A stretch of 35,330 bases of DNA from Eledone cirrhosa (GCA_964016885.1 CAXHJY010000981.1:1-35330), one strand, 5' to 3'; positions 15,125 to 26,889 are shown, numbered from the stretch's first letter. The notes: a model not told the origin generated them from the sequence alone. A program made the numbers and translations.

Positions 15125-15573
15125 AAAATGAAACATCCACCCGGTCAGATGATCTGGGGAAATATTTCGAAGTCTGAAACCGACGATATATATATTTCAT
15201 TGAACCTCGGACAGCTATGAATGACCAAAAGTACCAAGAACTATTGAAGGACAATCTGGATATACATAAATGGCTGCAATATAACAATGCATGATTATAC
15301 TCCATTACGCTGAGCAAAGATTGTACAAGATTAGTTTTAAAATGTTATGGTTACAAGACATAAGTGGTCAGAAAATATCCCTCTGGAAATTTAGGAGAAT
15401 ACGTAAAGAATAATCTTGTAGATAAACAACGATCCAGTGCAAAAGTCTTAGATAAGTCTATTAAGGACGTATGGATTAAAGAAATTCACAGGAATATTGA
15501 CAGGATCATATATCCAGCATGAGACATTGTATTCAAGTCACCATCAACGCCAGAGATGAACATACAATGTATA
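15125..15573 (+). pseudogene. Decayed Tc1-family transposase, C-terminal half
   Basis: Frameshifted translation KMKHPPGQMIWGNISK..FIEPRTAMNDQKYQELLKDNL...KNNLVDKQRSSAKVLDKSIKDVWIKEI..ISSMRHCIQVTINARDEHTMY matches the Tc1 pattern TVKH..S.MIWG / MN..KY..LL / SM..RI.AVI.A.GG.TKY. The catalytic motifs are eroded. Confidence 0.85.
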
Positions 15574-15641
15574 GGTTTACAGTGAAATTAATGTCTACAA
15601 ATATGTCTTCAATACAATTGGTGCTTTAAAAATGAGTATTA

Positions 15642-15830
15642 AATAATTGTTTCTACTTTAGGCACAAGGCCAGTAATTACCCAGTGTATTACTGGTACTT
15701 TATTTTATCGACCCCGTAAGGATGAAAGGCAAAGTCAACCTCGGCGGGATTTGAACTCAGATCGTAAAGGGACGTAACTATGCTGGAGAGCATGGCGTCC
15801 GACCCTCTACCGATACTGCCAATCCACCGC
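15642..15830 (-). mobile_element. SINE family 1, full length with TSD
   Basis: A and B boxes intact. TSD TTAAATAAT at 15639-15647 and 15831-15839. Confidence 0.9.
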
Positions 15831-15944
15831 TTAAATAATACTTTTTATTTTATGTTAACGTCATTTTGTTAAACTTTCAGTCATGAATATTATACATATG
15901 TGAGTGTGTGATTATGTGTGTGTGATTGTGTGTGTGTGTGTGCG

Positions 15945-15990
<46 letters not shown>

Positions 15991-16258
15991 CGCACACACA
16001 CAATCACACACTCACATATGTATAATATTCATATATATATATTCATATATATATATTCATATATATATATTGGTAAAAGGAAAAGAAAATGCTGACAAAT
16101 TGTTCCCAGTGAAAAATAGTTTAATTAGGAATAAGTAAAAATTAGTAATAGTATTGGTTAGTATTCAGTTTTGGTTTTAAGTTTTACCGGTTGCGCATTT
16201 CTAATGCTTTTCAAAAATAATTTTGAGATGGAGCGCCCGATATATATATATACATATA

Positions 16259-16369
<111 letters not shown>

Positions 16370-16540
16370 CACAAATTCAAAACATCTATATTACTGTACA
16401 GGTATTTCGGTCACGTAGCTTGAGTTTTCACAGATACAAAACATGTGTGATTGTTAATTTACGTGACTTAAATATATCGGGAATATCATACACACCAGAC
16501 AAACACACACTCACCAGACAAACCAACACACACACACACA

Positions 16541-16653
<113 letters not shown>

Positions 16654-16824
16654 AAATATATATATATATTTATTTATATATATATGCACATATACATATG
16701 TATATGTGTGTGTATGTGTGTGTGTGTATGTATTATATATATTATATTATATAAAAAGAACATTATATATATATCAGGCCAGTGTTGATCATTCTTTGAA
16801 TCGGTATAAGTGTAGTTAAATGTA

Positions 16825-16883
<59 letters not shown>

Positions 16884-16956
16884 GTGTGCGTGTATGTCTC
16901 TGTGCGTATGTAGACATGATAAACTAACTAATCTACATAAATATATACACACACAT

Positions 16957-17093
16957 CTGCATACATACATACATACATACATACATACATACATACATAC
17001 GTACATACATACGTCCATACATACATACATACATACATACGTACGTACATACATACGTACATACATACATACATACATACATACATACATACA

Positions 17094-17124
<31 letters not shown>

Positions 17125-17125
17125 G
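16957..17125. repeat. (CATA)n microsatellite
   Basis: Direct reading. The many (TA)n, (CA)n and (GA)n tracts elsewhere are not listed individually. Confidence 0.95.
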
Positions 17126-17426
17126 TATATACACGTATGTATATGTGTAGAAACAGATGATGCACACCGTAGCGGCGGGGGCAGTCGGTACATAAATACT
17201 ATTTATTGTCCATATATCTTCCCTCGATGACTTTTAATGTTGTCACCCAAGCGCCCCCGTACGGCTGTAAAGTAAGACGTGTGTTAACATAATAAAAAAA
17301 AATTCTATTAACCACTGTAGCTACACACAGCTGTACAGACAACTAAAAATCAGCAATATATATGTGACTGTATACACGCATATATGTATGTATGTATATA
17401 TGTATACACACACACACACGCATATA

Positions 17427-17458
<32 letters not shown>

Positions 17459-17510
17459 ATCATATGTATATATATGATTATATATACATATATAATTATA
17501 TATATATATG

Positions 17511-17592
<82 letters not shown>

Positions 17593-17685
17593 GAGACACA
17601 CATATATGTGTGCATGTACATATATTTTAATGCCTGCTCATCAATGTACAATTTACTATACGTGCTGTCCTCTTCTTTATCAACG

Positions 17686-17745
<60 letters not shown>

Positions 17746-18077
17746 CATACATATGATTATATATTTATATATGAGTGTGTGTGTGTATGTCTATGACAGT
17801 TTGGTGTAAATCATTGACTCAGAACTGTTGATAGCAAACGTTTGTCTGCTTCAACATATCTAAGCGTGCTTTTAAAACATTGCCCAACGTTGAACTAAAT
17901 TGATGTTGTGAGGACATCAGTGGTTCCAATGGTGCTTTCCGTCTTTTTCTTATCATAAATGCATGAGAGTTTTTTATTTTATTATTATAAATTTATGTTC
18001 ATCGTTGTCATTCTTGCCGTTGTTGGTGTTATTTTTTGTTGTTTGACCCTAGTCCAATTATGTCGAGTACACATCAT

Positions 18078-18123
<46 letters not shown>

Positions 18124-18158
18124 CACACACACACAGGCATATATATATATATATATAT

Positions 18159-18301
18159 ATAACGGAGGAAATGTGGTAAGGAACCAGGTGAACCATAACG
18201 CACCAAAGTACTCAATACTTAGGGTAGTAGAGTGGGTAATAGGAACGAGTAGCACCCCGACGGCTGAGCTCAAGCCGTTTCGACGGCTAATTCTGGACTC
18301 A
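18159..18301 (-). mobile_element. Family A copy, single arm
   Basis: Near-identical to 4431-4571. Ends at CTGGACTCA. Flanked by (TA)n. Confidence 0.75.
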
Positions 18302-18306
18302 GAATA

Positions 18307-18440
<134 letters not shown>

Positions 18441-18587
18441 TCTTTAAAGCGATGAAATACCAATGATGGTTGGAAGATCACTGATGAAGGACTAACTTTA
18501 TTCATATGTAACCCATTAGCAACCACGCAGCGAGTTTACTCTCATATATATATATATATATATGGATTTAATGCTCTGAAATAGCGA

Positions 18588-18840
18588 TATATATGTGAAG
18601 ACAAACATAGAATATTCGAAAATATTCTGTATGTTTATAATAAACATTTTGAAGACCTAATCGCTATAGAATAGAATACGTCACGTATTACAATTTGAGA
18701 TTCTCGATAAAAGCAAGGGAAGTAACCTACGCGTTTCATTCTTATTAGAAATCATATGCTATAGCGATTAGGTCTTCAAAATGTTTATTATAAACATACA
18801 GAATATTTTCGAGTATTCTATGTTTGTCTTCATATATATA
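18588..18840. mobile_element. Palindromic PLE-derived element (family E) with 5'-truncated minimal HHR in spacer
   Basis: About 80-bp inverted arms (18588-18669 and 18759-18840). Minus strand 18755-18726 reads ATGA-TTTCTAATAAGAAT-GAAACGCGTA-GG, the GAAACGCGUH minimal HHR signature. Confidence 0.75.
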
Positions 18841-18841
18841 T

Positions 18842-19055
18842 ATATATTACTCAAAGAGAAGTGTGTTACACAGTGAGATGTGTGTAAAGAATTATTACAA
18901 GTGTAATAATTATTTACATACATCTCACTGTGTAACACACTTCTCTTTGTGTAATATATTTGCATTTGAGCTCAGAAGAAAATTCTCTATTCTTCTTTGA
19001 GCTAATATTATTATTATTATTACTGTGAACTGCGGAATACTCTAATTCCGATCCT

Positions 19056-19056
<1 letters not shown>
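18842..19056. repeat. Near-perfect ~118-bp palindrome plus tail, in (TA)n
   Basis: Arms 18842-18899 and 18902-18959. Second hairpin AGCTCAGAAGAA...TTCTTTGAGCT. Confidence 0.7.
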
Positions 19057-19147
<91 letters not shown>

Positions 19148-19151
<4 letters not shown>

Positions 19152-19318
19152 TTATTCCGGGTTGACTCGGGGATAACCACAGTAAGAAAGGTACTCAATA
19201 CATAGCAGAGTATAAATGTTTTAATATAGAAAAGCTTCTACAGGACTAGAACTGTTTCATTCGTGAGATTTCTCACGAATGAAACAGTTCTAGTCCTGTA
19301 AAAGCTTTTCTATATTAA
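19148..19318 (-). mobile_element. Family B short element in (TA)n, palindromic, HHR 3' half
   Basis: Arms 19221-19268 and 19271-19318. Reads GA-TTTCTCACGAAT-GAAACAG-TTCTAGTC-CTGTA. A related fragment lies at 5803-5866. Confidence 0.7.
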
Positions 19319-19993
19319 TATATATATATATATATATGTGTGTGTATGTATACATATATATATATATAGTCTTGGACGCTCAGTCGCTTCACGCCATTAA
19401 ACCCGGATAAGCACGGGCCAAATGAGCCTTCTGGCTTAAGACAGACTTTATACTTTTTTTTATATATTTATACAAATGTGTGTTGGGATGTGGGGTCTTT
19501 GTGTGTATGTGTGTATGTGTGTATGTGTGTATGTGTATGTGTGTAATAATTACGAGTAGGGTGCATCTAATATATTTAGTTAACGATTTAATGATATTCT
19601 ATATTAGTTTTATTTTCAAAATATATATTTTTATGTAGCAAGTTGCCTAAACGTAAAATAATGTAGAGGAAATGCCATGAAATGTAGAAGAATCCGCTAC
19701 TTGTTGGCCTGATCGGCAACTCTATACAATAGAGCTAAATTTTCTGGAAATAAATACTTCTGTTTAACGTGATTCGATATGCTTGAATGAACAGCCAAAT
19801 ATCATTCAAATCTCAGCTCATCGTCTCAAAATATATAGAGAACATATTAGAACAAAGGTTCTAAAAGTGGTCGTTATCGACCTTCTAGACCTACGGAAAG
19901 GGGTTAATTGATGTTTTGGACCCAAACTTGACATATGTATAAGAAATGAAAATACATAAAATAATACAATACAACTTATATACAATATATATA

Positions 19994-20086
<93 letters not shown>

Positions 20087-20092
20087 CCTTCG

Positions 20093-20154
<62 letters not shown>

Positions 20155-20160
20155 CCTTCG

Positions 20161-20230
<70 letters not shown>

Positions 20231-20234
<4 letters not shown>

Positions 20235-20428
20235 CGAAGGAAATGTGGTAAGGAACCAGATGGACCATAACGCACCAAAGTACTCAATACTTAGGGTAGT
20301 AGAGTGGGTAATAGGAACAAGTAGGACCCCCCGACGGCTGAGCTCAAGCCGTTTCGACGGCTAATTCTGGACAGATTGAGTCCAGAATTAGCCGTCGAAA
20401 CGGCTTGAGCTCAGCCGTCGGGGTCCTA
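20231..20428 (-). mobile_element. Family A copy with inverted duplication
   Basis: Arms about 20322-20372 and 20380-20428. Plus strand reads TGAG-TCCAGAATTAGCCGTC-GAAACGGCTTGAGCTCAGCCGTC-GGGGTC. Confidence 0.75.
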
Positions 20429-20484
20429 TACATATATATATATATATCGCGTCCTACGGACGTGTTTTGTAACTCTAAACGAGG

Positions 20485-20581
20485 TATCCTCTTGATAAGT
20501 CAGCAAACCTCACAAAAATACTGCATCTCTGTGATGTATTGTTCTTGCATAATAAGCCACGAAACTACGTAGTCGAGGATA
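20485..20581 (+). ncRNA. Type I hammerhead ribozyme with extended stem II, core mutated (UUGAUAA)
   Basis: TATCCTC-TTGATAAG...GCCAC-GAAAC-TACGTA-GTC^-GAGGATA. Perfect 7-bp stem I, palindromic stem-loop III ACTACGTAGT, GUC triplet. Two substitutions in CUGAUGA. Confidence 0.8.
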
Positions 20582-20649
20582 ATAAAGAAATTTAGGTATG
20601 GTTTATCTTATTAATTATGTCTAATATTTCTTCTTTCTTTATAATGTAT

Positions 20650-20680
<31 letters not shown>

Positions 20681-20698
20681 ATCTGTCCTAACGAGTTT

Positions 20699-20778
20699 GG
20701 CTCCGGATGAGTTCGAAGCTCGAGATTTTATCCTTAATAGGATATATCAAAATGCGAACGAAACCCGAGGGTAGGGAC
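20699..20778 (+). ncRNA. Type I hammerhead ribozyme with extended stem II, core CGGAUGA
   Basis: GGCTC-CGGATGA-GTTCG...CGAAC-GAAAC-CCGAGG-GTA^-GGGAC. Stem II is closed by GTTCG/CGAAC with an inner hairpin ATCCT-TAAT-AGGAT. One core substitution. Confidence 0.75.
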
Positions 20779-21139
20779 ATAATCCTGGTATGTGTATGAG
20801 CATTTCTTCTAACTTTAATTTTATACCTAATTGTGTATGGTTGACCGTATATTTAATCGATTTCCACGTGCTGTTGAAATGTTGGGTAAATATTCTATGG
20901 CTGTTGGCCGCGAAGAGATTGCTGTCGTTTATTTATCTACTATTTCTTCATAGGTGCCTTTTAATCTTATAGCCTGGTCTAATTGATTTTTTGTGTAGTT
21001 AATTATGCTAATTGGGAGAGGAAATGGTGTATATATATTATCAAATGATTCTATGGACATACTTTATAGTATATATATATATATATATAAATGTATGTGT
21101 ATAAATGTATTATACACATACATATATGTTTCTGAAGAC

Positions 21140-21250
21140 GCTGGTATTGGATTCACAATCGTGAGGTTGTGAGTTCGGTTCCCGGACCGGCTGATGCGTT
21201 ATGTTCATGGGCAGGACACTTTATTTAATATTGCTCCTTCTACCTGGAGT
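21140..21250 (+). mobile_element. Second tRNA-derived SINE family, 5' part
   Basis: B-box-like GAGTTCGGTTCCC followed by GTTCATGGGCAGGACACTTTATTT (CORE/Meta-domain-like, from recall). Confidence 0.6.
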
Positions 21251-21268
21251 TGCGACCGATAGATAGTA

Positions 21269-21340
<72 letters not shown>

Positions 21341-21709
21341 AAATATATATATATAAACACATGCATGCACACACACATGCGCTCGCGGGCACACACACAC
21401 ACACACACACACACATAAAATTCGTCTTTATTGTCTATTTATATTATCTACTTTTTAATTTTTTTTATTTTACAAGCCTGGAATCAATGAAGAGCCAAGG
21501 ATTCCCCAAGAAATCGATTGTCTAAATAGTTAGGATATCCTTGCATCAGAATATGTCTTTTTCATTCAAAAAGATGTGACACTAATTAGAACGCCTTTTA
21601 CCAAAGCTCTACCGCTGCTCGAATAGCACGGATCTGAACAACGTCTAAATAAATACTTCGAGTCATTTCATCTTTTTCACTAACGACTCTACCAAGTCAC
21701 CCATCTATT

Positions 21710-21960
21710 TATTGCTGTTGTTGCTATTGTTTGCTGCTGCTGCTGTTGTTGTCGTTGCTATTGTTTGCTGCTGCTGCTGCTGTTGTTATTGCTATTGTTT
21801 GCTGGTGCTGTTGTTGTTGTTGCTATTGTTTGCTGCTGCTGCTGCTGTTGTTATTGCTATTGTTTGCTGGTACTGTTGTTGTTGTTGCTATTGTTTGGTG
21901 TTGTTGTTGTTGGTATTGTTTGCTGCTATTGTTGTTGTTGTTGTTGTTTTTGTTGTTGTA
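21710..21960. repeat. (GCT/GTT) compound minisatellite, anchor GCTATTGTTTG
   Basis: Direct reading. Confidence 0.9.
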
Positions 21961-22094
21961 ATACACGTTAAATGGCAACTATAATGCGTTCGGGCACATA
22001 TTTTTGATCAAAAGGATGTTGATGAAATAGTGGGTTGTGGAGATGTGTATTCTGGTGATAGCAAAAACAGCAGCATCCGTAATAGATGCAAGAC

Positions 22095-22150
<56 letters not shown>

Positions 22151-22154
22151 GTCT

Positions 22155-22354
<200 letters not shown>

Positions 22355-22361
22355 GCATACA

Positions 22362-22417
<56 letters not shown>

Positions 22418-23356
22418 GTCTTTGAGTGTGTTTGTGTGTGCGCACATGAATATGAAAAAGTAAACTGAAACACATAATATAATATAAAAGTAAAATCTGA
22501 ACAACGAAACGAAATATTTACAATAACTATAACTACAACAGCAACCACAGCAGCAACAATAACAATAGCAGCAACAACAACAACAATAATACCAACATCA
22601 ACAAGAAAAATAAGAGAAGAAGCAGCAAGGATAATTGTAATAGGTACAACTAAAACTAAAAGCAACACAAACAACAACAATGACAACAGCAGCAACAGCA
22701 GCAGCAACAACAACAACAACAACAACAGCAATAATAACAACAACAGCAATAACAACAAAAGTAGCACTATCAACAGCAACAATAATAATACAATCTTCAA
22801 AGACAATAATAACAACAATAACGAAAATAACATCAACGATAACATTAATAATAACACCAGCATCATCAATACAATACCAACAACTGCAGCAGCAACAACA
22901 GTAACAACAATAATAATAGCAACAACAACAACTACAACAACAGTTTCCTTGTACAATAGCCAACAAACCTCATTAGTGCAACCGTTGTCGAGTTTAATGA
23001 TGGTCGCCATTTTGTTTTCGTTAAACAGCGTAGTTGGGGTGAGGCGTGGTTGTGATGGTTCTAGTGGTGTGTTTGTAGGGGTGGTGTTTGCCAACTGCGT
23101 GTGGCTAGTTGTTGGGAGTGGCGTTGATGGTGATTGTGTGGAGTGACAGTGGTGGAGATGGTGGTTTTGTGTTGTATGAAAGAGGGTTGCGGTTGTGGCA
23201 GTGGTGGTGGTGTTTGTGATTATGAAGGGTTGATGTTAGTGGTGGTCATGGTGGTTACGATGGAAAGGGAAATGTTGGATTTGAACATAAAACGACAGAA
23301 CAAACACCGCAAGGTATGAAGTGCGTCCCTCTAAAATTCCCTCAAGCCATCACATT

Positions 23357-23430
23357 GGACTGGCATTTTCTTTATCGACCTGCAAAAGATGAAAAGTAAA
23401 GTTAAACTCAGAGAGATCTGAACCCAGAGT
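23357..23430 (-). mobile_element. SINE family 1, old diverged fragment
   Basis: TTTATCGACCTGCAAAAGATGAAAAGTAAAGTTAAACTC..GATCTGAACCCAG aligns to the central domain. Confidence 0.65.
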
Positions 23431-23556
23431 TTAGTTAGTTTCCTACTTCCGTTAAAGATCCGCGTTCTGGTATGTATGTGTCTATGTATATGTGCGTATG
23501 TATAAATGTATGTATGCATATATGTATGTATATGCATACATACATATATACATACG

Positions 23557-24056
23557 CAGGTCACACTCGAGTGCTACTGGTAGCATGTAACCCAGTACAA
23601 CCTGTCTCATGGTCGGGTCGTCGGCGACTAAACCGGCAACCCCACCAAGCTTGCTTGGTGAGGAGGGTGATATTTGGACACCCTGTTGGATGAAATACAA
23701 GACCCGTCAAAGGGCGGAGGAACTCGGCAGACTCGACGGCCATCCAACTTTTTTTTTTCGCGGTTGTGGTCATGGGAGTGAAAGGCCCCCAGTTGTTGTC
23801 ACAACACCTTTCTAGGAGAGGGGAACTCTGAAAGAAAAACCTGTAGCTTCGGAAGCATCCAGTTCGATGCTCAGAGAGTGGGATTGGTCGAATGTAAGAC
23901 CTTTCCCCACTTTAAAAAAACCCTTCAAAGCACAGGCATTGCTTGTTCAGGATCTGTTACAGGTTCGTGTGGCTGGCCGTTGCCTAAAAGTGCATCAAAC
24001 TCTATAATCTTACAAGCGATTGCAATACTCTTAGCAGAGTTTGCAGCCATCATGTA
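23557..24056 (+). mobile_element. Sibling non-autonomous RTE-type retroposon lacking the zinc-finger segment
   Basis: Same 5' start (CAGGTCAC...GGTCGGGTCGTCGGCGACTAAA), diverged middle, homologous 3' end GCAGCCATCATGTA. Confidence 0.7.
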
Positions 24057-24167
24057 TATAGATGTATATATGTGTGTATATATGTAGGAGGTGAGTTTTA
24101 TTGTAGTACAATAAAGCAATGCAGATATCGGATAAGAAGCACTCTACAGTTTGTAGGACTGGAGTAT

Positions 24168-24399
24168 ACATAATATAAGATCAAAAGATGGTTAAAGAAG
24201 TTCCATGTATTTTATTATGCGCATTTCAAAAACAAACATCATCATGCAATAATATTTGTGTTTTCATCAGATAAAACAGGAGAACATGATATGAAGGCTA
24301 AAAAACACTTGTGGATAGTGCAGTTTTAAATCATCATTTGAAATGCGCATAATAAAATACATGGAACTCCTTTAACCATCTTTTGATCTTATATTATGT
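24168..24399. mobile_element. Palindromic PLE-derived element carrying the intact HHR
   Basis: About 62-bp inverted arms (24168-24230 and 24337-24399, 1 mismatch). The spacer supplies the 5' half of the HHR. Confidence 0.7.
24208..24278 (-). ncRNA. Type I minimal hammerhead ribozyme, intact core (PLE-type)
   Basis: Minus strand reads UGUUUUAU-CUGAUGA-[AAAC ACAAAUAUU AUUGCAUGAU GAUGUUUGU UUUU = long stem II]-GAAA-U-GCGC-A-UA^-AUAAAAUA. Stem I is 8 bp, all conserved core nucleotides are present, loop III is the palindrome GCGC, and the cleavage triplet is AUA (cut between 24216 and 24215). Confidence 0.9.
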
Positions 24400-24544
24400 G
24401 TGTATATATATATGTTTCAACTTTTCTTTTCTCAGTCGGCGTTTCAGACATGATAACGCCATCAGACATATAATTGTGTATGTTTTCCTCTATTAATTTG
24501 GTCAATAAACTTTACTGATAAGCGAAGTAGTTAGTAAGTCCGTA

Positions 24545-25090
24545 CATCATCCCAACAACCAACATCACCATCACGGAAAGAGTCACTATCACCAGTATCA
24601 TCACCAACACCAGCACTATCACGGCCAACACTACCACTACCACTACCACAACTACCACTACCACCACTACCACTACCACTACCACTACCACTACCACAAC
24701 TACCACCACCACCACCACCACCACTACTACAACTACCACTACCACCCATCACCATTATCACAACTTCCAACATCATCTCCACTATAACCACCACCACCAC
24801 CACTACCACTACCACTACCACTACCACAACTACCATTACCTCCCATCACCATCATCTCCATCACCACCACCACTACCACCACCACCACTACCACCACCAC
24901 TACCACCACCACCACTACCACCACCACCACCACTACCACAACTACCACTACCACCCATCACCATCATCACAACTGTCCATCAAAACGTCACCACCGCCAC
25001 CACCTCTACTAACCCTACCACTCCTGCCACCCTTTACAATCCCTACCTCCACCTCCACCTCCCACCACCGCCGCCACCATCACTAACAAC
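24545..25090. repeat. (CCA/CTA)n compound array
   Basis: Direct reading. Confidence 0.9.
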
Positions 25091-26211
25091 GCCGCCATAT
25101 TGAATATATTACATATATAAAGGCCGAGGTGTCTGTCTGCTGTCATCCCCCACACGTAATATAGTCTCAGTCCCTTATTACTCTCTCTCTCTCCAATAAC
25201 TATTACTTTCACTCTCTCTCTCTCTCTCACTCCATCTATCTCTCTCACACCCTCTCTCTCACTCTTCCTCATAGGTCTCTCATAACTCACTCTCATAAAC
25301 CTCTCTCTAGCTCTCCCTCTCTCTCTCTCTCTCTCTTTCTCTCTGCCTCTAATAATTCTCTGTCTCTCTCTCTCTCTGTCCCTAAAAATTCTCTTTCTCT
25401 CTCTCTCTCACTCTCTCTAATAACTCACATAACTCTGTCTCTGTTTCTCTGTCCTTCATTGTTCCCTCCCCCCACACCCCGCTTCTCTCTCTCTCTCTCG
25501 CTCGCTCACACACACATGCACACACCCTCTCCCTCTCTCACACACACTCTCTCTCTCTTTTTCCCTCCTTCCCCCTCTTTTTCTGTCCCCTCCGTCATAC
25601 TCTCTGACATGCTATTAACATTACACTCCTTAATATCTCGGTAGCACTGTCATTAATTGATAATAAAAATAGGGTGTAATTCTGGCGGTGGTGGTGGTGG
25701 TGGTTGTAGTGGTGGTGGTGGTGGTGGTGGTGGTGGTAGCGGCGGCGGTGTCAGATGATAGCCGCCGTGCTGGTGGTGATGTTACTGATTGCAGTGGCAG
25801 TGGTGCTGACGGTGGTGGTGGTGATGGTTGGTGCAGGTAGCGGTGTTGTTTATTTGTTTATTTGTTTATTTGTCTGTCTGTTTGTTTGTTTGTTTGTTTG
25901 TTGGTTTGTTTGTTGTTGTTGCTGCTGATGTAGTGGTGAAAGTGGTGGTGAATTTTTGTGATAGGGTGGAAATATTTGTGACGTTGTTATGTGGTTGAGG
26001 GGGTAGTTGTAGTAGAACGAATGTGTTTGGGGTGTTGTTTTCGGGTGAGGGTAGTCGTAATGGTGTTGATGATGATAGTAATGGTGGTGGTGGTGGTGGT
26101 GGTGGTGGTAGTTGTGGTAGCGTTGTTGGCGATGGTGGTTGCATTAGTGATGGTGTGCCAATGATAGTGATTCGAGTTGATGATAATAATGCTTTCAGTA
26201 CTTGTTCTGTT

Positions 26212-26364
26212 TAGGACCAGGTCGTCTCTGATCAAGCAGTCTATGATCAAAGACATTCCCTCCAAGACCATCACGTCTCTATCTACATCGGGGTCTTACA
26301 CTGTATAATGTGTTCTGTCGTCTTTTAAGACAGCAGAGGGCGTGAATTTGAGGGAGATTTGGCC
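26212..26364 (+). repeat. Old dispersed repeat, also at about 32320-32480 and 32210-32260
   Basis: Shared CAGGTC..CTGATC.AGCAG..CATTCC..CCATC.CGTCT and GAGGGAGATT.GGC blocks. Confidence 0.55.
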
Positions 26365-26889
26365 CCGTGTTAAGTGGTGGGTGGCAAAAAAGATTAGGTA
26401 GGTTTAGGGTTGTGATGGATGGTATTGGATGGTGTTAGGTGTTGGTGGTGTTGGTGTGGATGATGGTGTTGGATTTAGTGCTGTCTGGTGATGTTAGATG
26501 ATGTTACACGTTGATTGTGGTGGTGGTGGTGGTGGTGGTGGTGGTGGTGGTGGTGGTGGTGGTGGTGGTGGTGGTGGTGTTGGTTGTTGTGTTGGAGTTT
26601 GGGGATTTATGGGTGTTAAGGATGATTTAGCGAAGAAGGGTTAGGAGGCTGCCGAATGGTATTAGATGGTGGTGTTACGTGATGGGGATAGGTGTGGGTT
26701 TTGGTACTGGTGGATGTTGGTGGGTGGTTAAGGCTGGTGTTGGTTGTGGTAATATTGCTGCTAGATGGCGCTGTGGCTCGAGTAGAATGTCTTTTTTGTC
26801 GCGGAGTTAAAGAATGAAGAAACTGTTATGTGTGTGTGGCGTTGTGTATGTGTATAGGGATATGTATGTGTATAACGTAGTGTATATAT

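Noticed and set aside
17163-17268. GC-rich imperfect terminal inverted repeats (CCGTA..GGGGGC / GCCCCC..TACGG)
   Set aside because: Too degenerate, and no TSD found.
18475-18545. CTGATGAAGGAC as a hammerhead
   Set aside because: No downstream GAAA or stem III.
24430-24470. Minus-strand CTGATGG...GAAACGCCGAC
   Set aside because: Core mismatches, no NUH triplet and no stems.
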